The notes under the pieces: generated by a model
The model's input: the letters and a program-made list of their open reading frames with translations, nothing else
What the model was told of the DNA's origin: nothing
The model's database searches: none
Made by a program: the position numbers and the translations under genes
Source: Candidatus Uhrbacteria bacterium
GTDB lineage: Bacteria > Patescibacteriota > Patescibacteriia > UBA9934 > GWF2-40-263
NCBI GenBank assembly: GCA_016219925.1
Contig: JACRJU010000013.1
Coordinates: 102,566-166,565, forward strand
Direction: 5' to 3'
DNA: 64,000 nt
In this document: one piece after another, positions 29,735 through 41,972 of the stretch
Layout: each line of letters starts with the position of its first letter
How positions within the stretch are numbered: position 1 is the stretch's first letter

Positions 29735-31660
29735 CTACAGGTAAGGCTTGAGCAGTTCGACGAGGACGCCGAGGATGGGGATCAGGATGCCGCCGATGAT
29801 GGCCTCGCCAGCGATGAGACCGGCGGCCATTGGCCGAGCGAACAGGCTGAACGCGCCGTCCTTCCCCTTGGAGAACTGCTTCCACGCGGCGCTCGTGACA
29901 CTGCCCAGAGCGATTGCGATCGTCAGCGACGGAGACAGGATCAGAGCGAAGCCGACGGCCGAGGGGATCGGCATCCACCAGAAGCGCATGCGTTCGTTGC
30001 CATCCTCGTCGAGCATGATGACGCCGGACTTGTCGCGCTTGCGCACCGCGAGCAGCATCTCCATGATGATGCCCAGAAGCGCGGCCGCGATCGACGCGGA
30101 GAGGGCGCCATGCGGCAGAGCCGACAGACCCTTCTCCATCACCATCGCGAGCGAAGCGATCTTCAGCGCCGTTGGCGCCGTGAGCTGTCCCGGCTCGAGG
30201 CCGATGTGGTAGGCGTGTTCCAAGGACGTGAAGACCACTGGAAGCAGAAGGCACGCGATCGGGATCATCAGGAGTTGAGCGACGATGAGCGTGCGGAACT
30301 TGCCGCCCAGCCGCCGAGCGACCCAGAACGACGCGATGGTCGACTCCGACGAGGCTTGCGGGTCAGCCGCGATGTGCGCGGCGTTCAGGTTTTGCTGGAT
30401 GCGATCCGGCCAAATCAGGCCGAACAGGAACTGTGTGGCGTTCGCCATGAGCGACACCGGTCCTGTACCGGTGATGCCCAGAACGCGCAGGCCGGCGATG
30501 ATGAGCACCGGCTGAATCGATACGGCGACCAGCACTTCGTACCACGGCATCGAGAACCAGGCGTCCTGCAACCAGACGAGCGCGACGACGCACACGGCGA
30601 TGCCGGTCCAGATCCACCAGCGCGGGATCGTCTCGTCCGCGAGACTCGGCTTGGGCGTCTGTGCAAGGTCCGGGTTGCGCCGGCGCTTGATCCAGTTGCG
30701 GATGAGCGGGATGCCCACGCCCGTGAGCGCGGCGGTGACCATCATGGCCGTAGCGGGCCACATCGTCCATTGAACGACTTCCTTGAAGTGCGAGGGCGTA
30801 GCGAGGTACTTCGCCGCATTCGCGCAGTTGGTCGTGAGAAAGTCGTTCACCGTGGCCTTTCCAATCAGCTCACGGCACTGTTCCCAATGCTCCGGAGCGG
30901 TTCCACTGAGAGCGACGAGCTGTCCGACCGTCTCGCCGTACGTGGAAATCAGCCACACACCGATGAGCCCCGAAAGACCCACGGAGAGCGGGACGAGCAT
31001 GCCCGTACCGAAGCCCGCGAACTCGAGACCGAGAGCAAGGCCCAGGGCGGGCTTGCCGACGAATTCCACGGTGATGTTCAGGCCGGCGCGGATGAAGGTC
31101 ACAGCGGCCGCAACGGCCGTCGTCACCGTCAGGACAGTGCGTCGCTGGGTGGCTCTTTCGGTTGCCGCTGGATCGGTGAGGGTCTCGGCGACGCTCTGCA
31201 CGGCCTTGCCGGTCGGCCAGGGGAGCGAAGGATCGTCGAGAATCATCCGACGCGGCAGAGCGCCGACGAAGACGCCGAGGTTAGCGCTCACGAGCAGCCA
31301 CAGGGAGATCTGCCACCATTCGGGGTTGAACCCGATGGGATGATGGAAGACGTTCTGGATGTAGCAGAACGCCGCGAGGATGACCACCATGAACGACACG
31401 CCCGAGACCACGTTGATCATGGTCTGGACGAGGTTGAGCTGGATGGCCATTCGTCCGTTTGAACGCGCGGCCTGATGGCCGAGCACGGCGGCGGCCAGGA
31501 ACATGCCGCCATAGGTCAGATCGACCCCCAGCCCGAGCTTGAGCGTGAGGTAGGGACCTGCGGCTGTTGCCACGGCGCAGATGAGAGCGCCCATGACGAG
31601 CACCCTCCAGTTGAGGTCTCCGTCACGGAGCTCGGCCTTGAGCCGATCGAGCCAGTTCAT
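29735..31660 (-). CDS. OPT/YSL family oligopeptide transporter (GC-rich cassette)
   Basis: Many TM helices; YLTLKLG, NLVQT, LPWPTGKA, AAGLIAGEA. Promoter TTGACG(31728-31723)-17-TAACGT, GAGGTG SD, terminator about 29682-29706. Confidence 0.88.
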   Translation of the reverse strand: MNWLDRLKAELRDGDLNWRVLVMGALICAVATAAGPYLTLKLGLGVDLTYGGMFLAAAVLGHQAARSNGRMAIQLNLVQTMINVVSGVSFMVVILAAFCYIQNVFHHPIGFNPEWWQISLWLLVSANLGVFVGALPRRMILDDPSLPWPTGKAVQSVAETLTDPAATERATQRRTVLTVTTAVAAAVTFIRAGLNITVEFVGKPALGLALGLEFAGFGTGMLVPLSVGLSGLIGVWLISTYGETVGQLVALSGTAPEHWEQCRELIGKATVNDFLTTNCANAAKYLATPSHFKEVVQWTMWPATAMMVTAALTGVGIPLIRNWIKRRRNPDLAQTPKPSLADETIPRWWIWTGIAVCVVALVWLQDAWFSMPWYEVLVAVSIQPVLIIAGLRVLGITGTGPVSLMANATQFLFGLIWPDRIQQNLNAAHIAADPQASSESTIASFWVARRLGGKFRTLIVAQLLMIPIACLLLPVVFTSLEHAYHIGLEPGQLTAPTALKIASLAMVMEKGLSALPHGALSASIAAALLGIIMEMLLAVRKRDKSGVIMLDEDGNERMRFWWMPIPSAVGFALILSPSLTIAIALGSVTSAAWKQFSKGKDGAFSLFARPMAAGLIAGEAIIGGILIPILGVLVELLKPYL

Positions 31661-31770
31661 GATGTCACCTCGTGTTTGGACCCAAGAATGGGTGATGCGA
31701 CGTTAGCAGAGTGAGACCTGTGCGTCAAGACATTTCGCTTTGATGAGCGTTTTTGATACGATGAAACCAT

Positions 31771-32136
31771 ATGACAAATCTTCGCATTGCCAATACGGCC
31801 ATCTTTTTGTCCGTCGCGGTTCTTCACGCGATGCGCATCGCGTACAAATTGCCAGTGTTCGTCGGCTCCATCGAACTCTCGCTCTGGCTCTCGGTCGTTG
31901 CCGTGATCGGCGCCGGAGTATTGAGCTGGATGAACTGGCGCACGATTCATGCACCCGGCAAAACCGAATGGCTCAAGCTTTTGCTTGCCCTATTCGTTGT
32001 TGATGCCGCAATCGTGTTTTATTCCTGGGTTTCCGGTTTGTCCTTTTGGGGAATCGCTAACACTCAATTCGCTTGGATTTTGTTGTTTGATTTAGTGGTG
32101 ATCGTACTGTTGTCGTGGACGGCGCGGAAAAAATAA
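31771..32136 (+). CDS. Four-TM hypothetical membrane protein
   Basis: 121-aa hydrophobic ORF abutting rnhA. Confidence 0.65.
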   Translation: MTNLRIANTAIFLSVAVLHAMRIAYKLPVFVGSIELSLWLSVVAVIGAGVLSWMNWRTIHAPGKTEWLKLLLALFVVDAAIVFYSWVSGLSFWGIANTQFAWILLFDLVVIVLLSWTARKK

Positions 32137-32138
32137 TT

Positions 32139-32552
32139 ATGCACGTGCGTATTTACACGGATGGAGGGTCGCGGGGAAATCCGGGACCGGCGGCTTCGGC
32201 CGCGGTGATCAAGACAGTACATGCCGGTAAAGAAGGCGAAACGATTGCAGAGGTTTCGAAGTTTTTGGGTCGGGAGACGAATAATCAAGCGGAGTACACC
32301 GCGATCATTATTGGTTTACAGAAAGCGCATCGGCTCGGGGCCAAGCAAGTCGAGGTGTACATGGATTCCGAACTTGCCACCCGTCAGCTCAACGGACAAT
32401 ATAAAGTGAAAGACGCCGGAATCGCCAAACGATTTTTAGAAGTGAAAAATTTAATACAGGCTTTTAATCGCGTGACGTTTACGCATGTGCGGCGCGAGCG
32501 CAACAAAGAAGCGGATGCGCTTGTCAACAAAGTCCTCGATGCGAACGCGTGA
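32139..32552 (+). CDS. rnhA: Ribonuclease HI
   Basis: YTDGGSRGNPG, TNNQAEY, DSEL, RNKEADAL. Confidence 0.93.
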   Translation: MHVRIYTDGGSRGNPGPAASAAVIKTVHAGKEGETIAEVSKFLGRETNNQAEYTAIIIGLQKAHRLGAKQVEVYMDSELATRQLNGQYKVKDAGIAKRFLEVKNLIQAFNRVTFTHVRRERNKEADALVNKVLDANA

Positions 32553-32601
32553 TCCAAGAGGCATGCTGCAGTTTGGAATTTTGTGATACACTATTTCCAC
32601 T

Positions 32602-33705
32602 ATGGCTTTGTTCGGTAAAGCAAAAAAAGGAGGAACGCTTGGCGTTGACATCGGCGCAAACAGCATCAAGCTCGTTGAACTTGGCAGCGAAAGGGGACGC
32701 GCCAAACTGCTCACCTATGGCTATGGAGAGCTGCCATTTGGCAATCAGGGCGGACTTCTCATGGACAATCCCAAAGCCGCGGGCGAATTGCTGGCGGAAA
32801 TTTGTAAAGCCTCGGGATGTCAATCCACCATTACGATGGCCGCGTTGCCGACGTCGAATGTGTTTACAACGATTTTATCGCTTCCCGCTACGAAAGATCC
32901 CAAGCAAGTCAAATCGCTCATTGATGCCGAGGTGGAAAAAATGTCGCCACTTCCGATTTCCGAGATGATTACCTACTCGACGTTTTTAGATGGGGAGGGC
33001 AAGAAGGCGGAGAAATCTCAAAAAGCTGAAAGGGCAGAGAAAGCGGATAAGTATGTGCGCGTGTTGGTCACCGGTGCTGCAAAGACGCTTGTGCAGAAGT
33101 ATATTGAGATATTCCGTACAGCCAAACTACAACTGCAAGCCTTGGATACAGAATCTTTTGCGTTGATTCGTTCTCTCATTGGCAAAGACCGCAGTGCGAT
33201 CATGCTTATTGACATGGGGGCCAAACGGACAAACATCACTGTTGTGGAAAAGGGGATTCCGTTTGTAACGCGCAGTGTGAATATTGGCGGGGATACGCTT
33301 ACGAGCCGCATTCAATCCAGCTTGCATCTCCCCGCGGACAAAGCCGAGCAGATGAAGCGTGATTTTTCCGATGCGGCCGCGGAGCCGTCTGATCTTCCCG
33401 GCGGTTTGTCGCCGGTGCTTGAGCCGGTTATTCAACCGCTGGTGAATGAAATCAAGTATTCCTTTGAACTGTATGCAAGCATGGAATTGACGCAAATCAA
33501 AAAGGTGGAAAAGATTATCTTGACTGGCGGTTCTGCTCACTTGCCTCGCGTGCCAGAATATCTTTCTGAAACCTTGAATTTGAACGTGTATCGCGGCAAT
33601 CCGTGGGCGCGCGTCGTCTATCCGCAGGATTTGTCGATCGTGTTGGAGGAGATCGGGCCGCGCATGAGCGTCGCGATCGGGCTTGCGATGCGAGATATGG
33701 AATAA
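32602..33705 (+). CDS. pilM: Type IV pilus assembly protein PilM
   Basis: LGVDIGANSIKLVEL, IDMGAKRT, LTGGSA, VAIGLAMR. Confidence 0.93.
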   Translation: MALFGKAKKGGTLGVDIGANSIKLVELGSERGRAKLLTYGYGELPFGNQGGLLMDNPKAAGELLAEICKASGCQSTITMAALPTSNVFTTILSLPATKDPKQVKSLIDAEVEKMSPLPISEMITYSTFLDGEGKKAEKSQKAERAEKADKYVRVLVTGAAKTLVQKYIEIFRTAKLQLQALDTESFALIRSLIGKDRSAIMLIDMGAKRTNITVVEKGIPFVTRSVNIGGDTLTSRIQSSLHLPADKAEQMKRDFSDAAAEPSDLPGGLSPVLEPVIQPLVNEIKYSFELYASMELTQIKKVEKIILTGGSAHLPRVPEYLSETLNLNVYRGNPWARVVYPQDLSIVLEEIGPRMSVAIGLAMRDME

Positions 33706-33718
33706 CGAAATCCTAAGA

Positions 33719-33965
33719 TCATTTGAACCTGTCCTCTCAAAACACGCGGTCGGCCATCGTTGATTTTAGACTGTCGATTGTACCCGCCGCTCGTGTCTCG
33801 GGATCGCGAAGCCTTATTGCCTGAGCCTGTCGAAGGCAATGGCGATCCCGGAGCGGAGCGAGTGCAGTGAACAAAATTTTGTTTGTTCACTACCGAGCGA
33901 GCGAACGGGATATGACCTTTGGTCATATCCCTACGACACGGTTTTGATCGGACAGGTTCAAATGA
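33719..33965. mobile_element. MITE-like non-autonomous element with 16-bp terminal inverted repeats
   Basis: TCATTTGAACCTGTCC (33719-33734) / GGACAGGTTCAAATGA (33950-33965), plus an inner tcaaaac/gttttga pair and nested hairpins. Confidence 0.6.
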
Positions 33966-34011
33966 CTTGATCACTATCTTCTTATTTCCTACTCCTTCTC
34001 CTCTCCCCCCT

Positions 34012-34521
34012 ATGTCCAAATCTTCACGCGGTTTTACTCTTTTGGAAATTTTGGTCGTGATCGCGATCATCGCGCTCATTGGCGTTTTTGCGGCCGTTGC
34101 CGTGAACGCCGCCCGATCCAAACAACGCGATGCCACACGGCTTGCGAACATCCGTCAGTTGCAAAGCGCCCTTGAAGATCACTTCAATGAAGGGAACACG
34201 TATCCCGCGGGCGAACTTCTGCCGCTGGGCGATCCGACAACGAGTGCGTGTCTGGGTCTCAATGGATTCCTCGGAGATTGTTCTTCCGAGAGCGCGGTAT
34301 TTTTGCGCATCGTGCCGGGGACTTATGCTGACGGTCTTAAAGGCGATGTGACCTGCGGTGATCCCGCGCGTAAGGCCTTTTGCTACACCCAACGAGCTGG
34401 AGGAGACAAATACGTGATTCATTTCGAACTGGAAAACGCTCTGCCATCTATCGGTCTTCAAAAGGGGGTGAACTGTGCCATTGCCGATGGGATGCAGGCA
34501 GGGGTGTGTCCAGAAGAATAG
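34012..34521 (+). CDS. Type IV pilin/pseudopilin
   Basis: Class III signal RGFTLLEILVVIAII, then ARSKQRDATRLANI. Confidence 0.9.
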   Translation: MSKSSRGFTLLEILVVIAIIALIGVFAAVAVNAARSKQRDATRLANIRQLQSALEDHFNEGNTYPAGELLPLGDPTTSACLGLNGFLGDCSSESAVFLRIVPGTYADGLKGDVTCGDPARKAFCYTQRAGGDKYVIHFELENALPSIGLQKGVNCAIADGMQAGVCPEE

Positions 34522-34524
34522 GGG

Positions 34525-34552
34525 ATAAAACAGGGTGCGAGCCCTGTTTTAT
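34525..34552. terminator. Hairpin terminator after the pilin gene
   Basis: ataaaacaggg-tgcgag-ccctgttttat. Confidence 0.6.
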
Positions 34553-34569
34553 GATAGAATAGGGGCGCT

Positions 34570-37328
<2,759 letters not shown>

Positions 37329-37336
37329 TATTTACT

Positions 37337-37627
37337 ATGGATATCACTCATCTTGCTAAACTCGCTCGTCTAGCGCTCACCCCTGAAGAAATTCAATCCT
37401 ATCAAGGACAGCTCGGTTCGATTTTGCAGTATGTCGATACCCTTCAGGAGCTGGATACCGAACAGGTGCCCGAGCTTCAACACGCGATTGAAGTGACAAA
37501 CGTTTTTCGTTTAGACGTTCCGGAGGGATGTGAGATGGACGTTCGTGAACGATCGCTCAAAAATTTTTCCAATCGTAGTGAGGATCTTCTTAAAGTGCAG
37601 GCGGTTTTTGATGGCCGGACCGAATAA
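37337..37627 (+). CDS. gatC: Asp/Glu-tRNA amidotransferase subunit C
   Basis: HLAKLARL..ILQYVDTLQELDT; directly upstream of gatA. Confidence 0.9.
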   Translation: MDITHLAKLARLALTPEEIQSYQGQLGSILQYVDTLQELDTEQVPELQHAIEVTNVFRLDVPEGCEMDVRERSLKNFSNRSEDLLKVQAVFDGRTE

Positions 37628-37629
37628 TT

Positions 37630-39078
37630 ATGGATATTTCTTCTTTGACACTCACTCAAGCCAAATCTTTGTTGGCCGATGGTGATATCACTAGTGAGGC
37701 GCTTGTGAGCGGACATCTCAAGCGTATCGATGAACAAAACGAGAATTTGCACGCCTTGCTTGGCGTTTCAGAACAGGCGCTTGATGAAGCTCGACAGGCA
37801 GACACTCGCAGAGCCAAGGGTGAAGATGGAGGAGTTTTGGCGGGGATTCCGATAGCGATTAAAGATAATATTCTCGTTCAAGGTTGGGAAAACACCAGTT
37901 GCTCGCAAGTGCTTGAGGGACATCGCAGCGCGTATAGCGCCACAGTTGTCGAACGCCTCAAAGCGGCGGGCGCTATTTTGATTGGTCGTACAAACATGGA
38001 CGAATTTGCCATGGGATCCTCTACAGAGTCCTCGCATTTCGGCCCGACGAAAAATCCTTGGGACGCAGAGCGCGTCCCAGGGGGCTCAAGCGGCGGATCC
38101 GCCGCGGCCGTTGCGGCTGGATTTGTTCCGGCCGCTCTGGGTTCTGATACGGGCGGATCGATCCGCCAGCCCGCTTCCCTCTGCGGCGTGGTTGGGCTCA
38201 AACCAACGTACGGACGAGTGTCGCGCTATGGGTTGATGGCCATGGCATCCTCGCTCGATCAAATCGGCCCGATCACACGCACCGTGGAAGATGCGGCGCT
38301 GGTTTTGCAGGTGATCGAAGGAAAGGATCCGCGCGACGCTACCAGTGTTGAACTTCAAGAAACCACCATCCCGGAGCTTATGACCGATTCCTTAGAAGGA
38401 ATGACTTTGGGGATTCCGGACGAATATTTTTTGGAAGGCATGGACGACACGATCAAATCGCTCGTGATGGATGCGGTCGCACAGCTCAAAGAACGCGGCG
38501 CAACGGTTGAAAAAATTTCCATGCCGCATGCGAAGTACGCGCTCGCCGCTTATTATGTGCTGATGCCTTGCGAGGCAAGTTCGAACCTCGGACGATTTGA
38601 TGGTCTGCGATTCGGCTACCATTCCAGCGGCAACACTCTTACCGAAACGTATGAGCGTTCCCGTGGAGAAGGGTTTGGATCAGAAGTGAAGCGGCGGATT
38701 TTGTTGGGATCGTATGCGCTCTCGGCTGGGTATTATGATGCGTATTATCGCAAAGCGCTCAAGGTGCGCACGCTGATCAAGCGCGATTTCGATGACGCGC
38801 TTAAACGGGTGGATGCCATCGTAACTCCGACCAGTCCATGCGTCGCCTGGAAGCTCGGAGAAAAATTCGGCGATCCACTCACGATGTATCTTTCTGACAT
38901 CTACACCATCACCGCGAATCTTGCGACGGTGCCGGCGATTTCTCTGCCATGTGGGTTCTCCGAAGGTCTTCCAGTCGGGTTGCAACTGATGGGTCGCCCA
39001 TTTGATGAGCAGACGCTCTATCGGATTGGCATGGCCTATCAGAAAGTTACAGACTGGCACACCCGAACGCCCGTATGA
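37630..39078 (+). CDS. gatA: Asp/Glu-tRNA amidotransferase subunit A
   Basis: IAIKDN, DEFAMGSS, PGGSSGGSA, SDTGGSIRQPA, EVKRRILLG. Confidence 0.97.
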   Translation: MDISSLTLTQAKSLLADGDITSEALVSGHLKRIDEQNENLHALLGVSEQALDEARQADTRRAKGEDGGVLAGIPIAIKDNILVQGWENTSCSQVLEGHRSAYSATVVERLKAAGAILIGRTNMDEFAMGSSTESSHFGPTKNPWDAERVPGGSSGGSAAAVAAGFVPAALGSDTGGSIRQPASLCGVVGLKPTYGRVSRYGLMAMASSLDQIGPITRTVEDAALVLQVIEGKDPRDATSVELQETTIPELMTDSLEGMTLGIPDEYFLEGMDDTIKSLVMDAVAQLKERGATVEKISMPHAKYALAAYYVLMPCEASSNLGRFDGLRFGYHSSGNTLTETYERSRGEGFGSEVKRRILLGSYALSAGYYDAYYRKALKVRTLIKRDFDDALKRVDAIVTPTSPCVAWKLGEKFGDPLTMYLSDIYTITANLATVPAISLPCGFSEGLPVGLQLMGRPFDEQTLYRIGMAYQKVTDWHTRTPV

Positions 39079-39827
39079 TTCCTTATTTTCATTTCACGAC
39101 CATTCCTTTGGGCCCCATCACCATCCAGGTGTGGGGTCTTATGGTTGCACTCGGAATTTTGGCTGGCGCCTGGGCGGCAGGGAAGATGGCTAGAACGCGT
39201 GGTCAAGATCCGCAGTTAATTTGGGATCTCACGTTTTGGGTGATCATCGGCGCGTTTTTGTTCGCGCGTCTGTTCCATATTTTTTACGAACCGCAGATGT
39301 ATGCTCAATCTCCTGTTGAGATTTTTAAAATTTGGCACGGCGGTCTTTCCGTGATGGGGGGTTTTTTCGGTGCAGCGCTGTTCGGCATTTTTTTTCTAAA
39401 AAGAAAGCACGCAGATATTTTTGCGTACGCCGATACGGCGGTGTTTGGGCTACCTTTGGGTTTATTCATTGGTCGAATCGGATGTTTTTTGACGCATCTT
39501 CATCCGGGCACACGAACAAGTTTTTTTTTAGGGGTTCTGTATCCTGATGGTGTCAGGCACGATCTTGGCCTTTATCTCTCAATCAACGGACTCATTCTTT
39601 TTCTCGTCTTTCTTGTGTTCGCACGAAGACGTTCGGCTTCGGGGACTTATATGGTCACCTTCTTACTTTGGTACGGCACGGTTCGTTTTTTTCTGGATTT
39701 TCTTCGCGCAACCGATGGCCCGATTGTTGATGCTCGTTACGCTCATCTCACCCCCGCGCAATATGTCGCCATGGTGATGATTGCAGGCGGCCTGTGGTTG
39801 CGATGGTATCGAAAGGCACATCAGTAA
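39075..39827 (+). CDS. lgt: Prolipoprotein diacylglyceryl transferase
   Basis: IWHGGLSVMGG, GRIGCF, YGTVRFFLDFLR. Confidence 0.9.
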   Translation: MIPYFHFTTIPLGPITIQVWGLMVALGILAGAWAAGKMARTRGQDPQLIWDLTFWVIIGAFLFARLFHIFYEPQMYAQSPVEIFKIWHGGLSVMGGFFGAALFGIFFLKRKHADIFAYADTAVFGLPLGLFIGRIGCFLTHLHPGTRTSFFLGVLYPDGVRHDLGLYLSINGLILFLVFLVFARRRSASGTYMVTFLLWYGTVRFFLDFLRATDGPIVDARYAHLTPAQYVAMVMIAGGLWLRWYRKAHQ

Positions 39828-39836
39828 TCAGACGGA

Positions 39837-39878
39837 ACGATCCCCTGCCGGAGGGAACAACGGCAACGAGTTCGTCGG
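39837..39878. repeat. Structured hairpin motif, copy 3 (3'-truncated or degenerate)
   Basis: acgatcccctgccggagggaacaacggcaacgagttcgtcgg aligns to copy 2. Confidence 0.65.
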
Positions 39879-39981
39879 ATATATCTGTCGAAAAAAAATT
39901 GACAAATTGTTCATTTAAAAATAGCCTGAAATCAGGTTCTTTTTTATCTATCCACATTTTTGTTGAAATTTATTGTTGACT

Positions 39982-40752
39982 ATGTCTAAACCTCCTAAAC
40001 TGACGGTGAAGACACTTGATGCCATTGGCCTTCGACAGAAGGACATGGACGTCTATGTCTCGCTGTTAAAACTTGGGACAGCTCCTTTGCGCAAGCTCGC
40101 AGATGAGTGCAGTCTCAATCGAGGAACGACCTATGATACGCTCAAGCGTCTTTTGGATCTGGGCCTCGTCAGTTTTGTGGATTCGAAAACGCATCGATTC
40201 TTTACGGCGGAAGATCCCAAGAAACTGACAGGGGTTGCCACACGGCGTGAAGTTGCTGTTCAGGAAGCTCGAGGGGATCTGCAAGAAGCGATCCCACACC
40301 TGCAGGAGCTTCTGGGATGGAGTAAGCACCGACCATCGGTGCGCTATTACGAGGGCGAGGTGGGCGTGCGGGATATTTTGGAAGACCTTCTGAAGACGTG
40401 CGCCCACGCGTCCGACAAAATGTATCGGGTGTATTCTTCTGCGGGCGTGCGCGATCTGATCTTGCACGCGTGGCCGGGATTCACCAAAACGCGCATTCAA
40501 AAAAAAATTCGCGTCAAAGCGATCGCGGTTGGAGAAGGGGGCCGCACGTTCGGACTTGATGAGCGCCGTTGGCTCTCGCACGAACAGCAATCCCCAACGT
40601 ACATTTTCATCTATCAACACAAAACGGCTTATATCTCCGTGGATGATCATCGCGAATTGTTTGGAGTGGTGATCGAAGACGATGCTATCACCTTGACCCA
40701 GACGATGATTTTTGATTCACTGTGGGGTCAGCTTTCCAAGGAGGATGAATGA
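39982..40752 (+). CDS. TrmB-family HTH transcriptional regulator
   Basis: GL..VYVSLLKLG..LNRGTTYDTLKRL wHTH, then PSVRYYEG. Confidence 0.85.
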   Translation: MSKPPKLTVKTLDAIGLRQKDMDVYVSLLKLGTAPLRKLADECSLNRGTTYDTLKRLLDLGLVSFVDSKTHRFFTAEDPKKLTGVATRREVAVQEARGDLQEAIPHLQELLGWSKHRPSVRYYEGEVGVRDILEDLLKTCAHASDKMYRVYSSAGVRDLILHAWPGFTKTRIQKKIRVKAIAVGEGGRTFGLDERRWLSHEQQSPTYIFIYQHKTAYISVDDHRELFGVVIEDDAITLTQTMIFDSLWGQLSKEDE

Positions 40753-40881
40753 TTCTGGGCGACTGTGCTTATGCTTGCCATGAGCCAAGCCGGGCCGAAT
40801 CATCTATGCTTGTTGCGTATATGAAAAGGCAATAGCCCACCTCATTTGACCAAGGGCGTTGTACCTTCCGCGGAGCCTGCC

Positions 40882-41895
40882 ATGAGTGAAACTGACGATT
40901 TAGGGGGAGTTTACCACATCACGGATCGTGAGATTCGGGACAGGGAGTTGACCGGAACGATCCGTCCAACAGATCGAGTGGTGATCCCAGCCAAACATGA
41001 AGGAGCGACCATTCAGCGCACGCTGGAGTACCTCCTGCGTCTTGGCTTCCATCCTCGGCAGATTATCGTGCTCGTCAACGGTTCAACGGCCGTCGATGGA
41101 GAACCCGACGACACAGCCGACAAGGCGATGACTGTCGATTCTGATCTGCAGGTTCTCCATCAGAGTGACCTGCTCGACGCCGCGCTCGTCGCACGCCTGA
41201 CGTGCGACTACAAGATCAACGAGAACAGGCTGCACGGCAAGGGAACGGCGATGTTCGCCGCGCTCGTCGCCCTCCACCGGGCCGGAACGTCTCTGGACGC
41301 GCGGATCATCTTTCTGGATGCCGACATCCAGAACAGCTTCGAGGTCGATCCGGTCGGTCGCCTGTTGATCGGCGCCGACTTCTTCCCGCACGAGGTCAAG
41401 CTGGTCAAGCTGGCTTCGCTTGGACGTGACAACGCGGGCATCCACGCGTTCCTCTCCACGCTCGTCGGGGATTACATGAAGATCGGCGCCCTGCGCTGGC
41501 CGCTGTGCGGACAGGTCGTGGTGCGCTGGGAAGACTTGCGTCAGATGCGTCTGGCGGGCGGCTACGCGGTCGAGATGGCCATGATGATGGATCTCGTCGA
41601 GCGTGCGCATTCCCCGGTGGTGTTCGGGGAAGTCGAGATCGGCGCCGTGCTGATCGACAAGCACAACACGGACCGTGTCCACACGCGCATGTACGCGCAG
41701 ATCATGTGGTTCGCCGGTCAGGTGCAAATGATGGGGTACGGATTGGGCCGTCTCACGTCCAATCTGATGGCCCACATCAATGCCCAGGATCCCTTCCAAA
41801 TCTGGGTGCCGGTCAAGGAATCCGGTCTGGGTTCCAACGAGCTGGAGGATCGCTACCCCGATGCGATCTTTCCCTCGATCGCGGAACTCTTCTAG
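40882..41895 (+). CDS. GT-A glycosyltransferase, glucosyl-3-phosphoglycerate synthase-like (GC-rich cassette)
   Basis: VVIPAKHEGATI, GKGTAM, IFLDADI (DxD), PLCGQ, GYAVEMAM; gggcgcc/ggcgccc plus T-run terminator about 41917-41952. Confidence 0.7.
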   Translation: MSETDDLGGVYHITDREIRDRELTGTIRPTDRVVIPAKHEGATIQRTLEYLLRLGFHPRQIIVLVNGSTAVDGEPDDTADKAMTVDSDLQVLHQSDLLDAALVARLTCDYKINENRLHGKGTAMFAALVALHRAGTSLDARIIFLDADIQNSFEVDPVGRLLIGADFFPHEVKLVKLASLGRDNAGIHAFLSTLVGDYMKIGALRWPLCGQVVVRWEDLRQMRLAGGYAVEMAMMMDLVERAHSPVVFGEVEIGAVLIDKHNTDRVHTRMYAQIMWFAGQVQMMGYGLGRLTSNLMAHINAQDPFQIWVPVKESGLGSNELEDRYPDAIFPSIAELF

Positions 41896-41972
41896 ACGGT
41901 TCGTCCCTCACGTCTCGGGCGCCTCAGCTGTGACTGGCGCCCGCTTTTTATTAGTGATACGATTTTTTTCGT

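Noticed and set aside
29729-31462. 577-aa plus-strand ORF opposite the OPT transporter
   Set aside because: Antisense shadow of a GC-rich gene; the promoter, SD and terminator all support the minus-strand gene.
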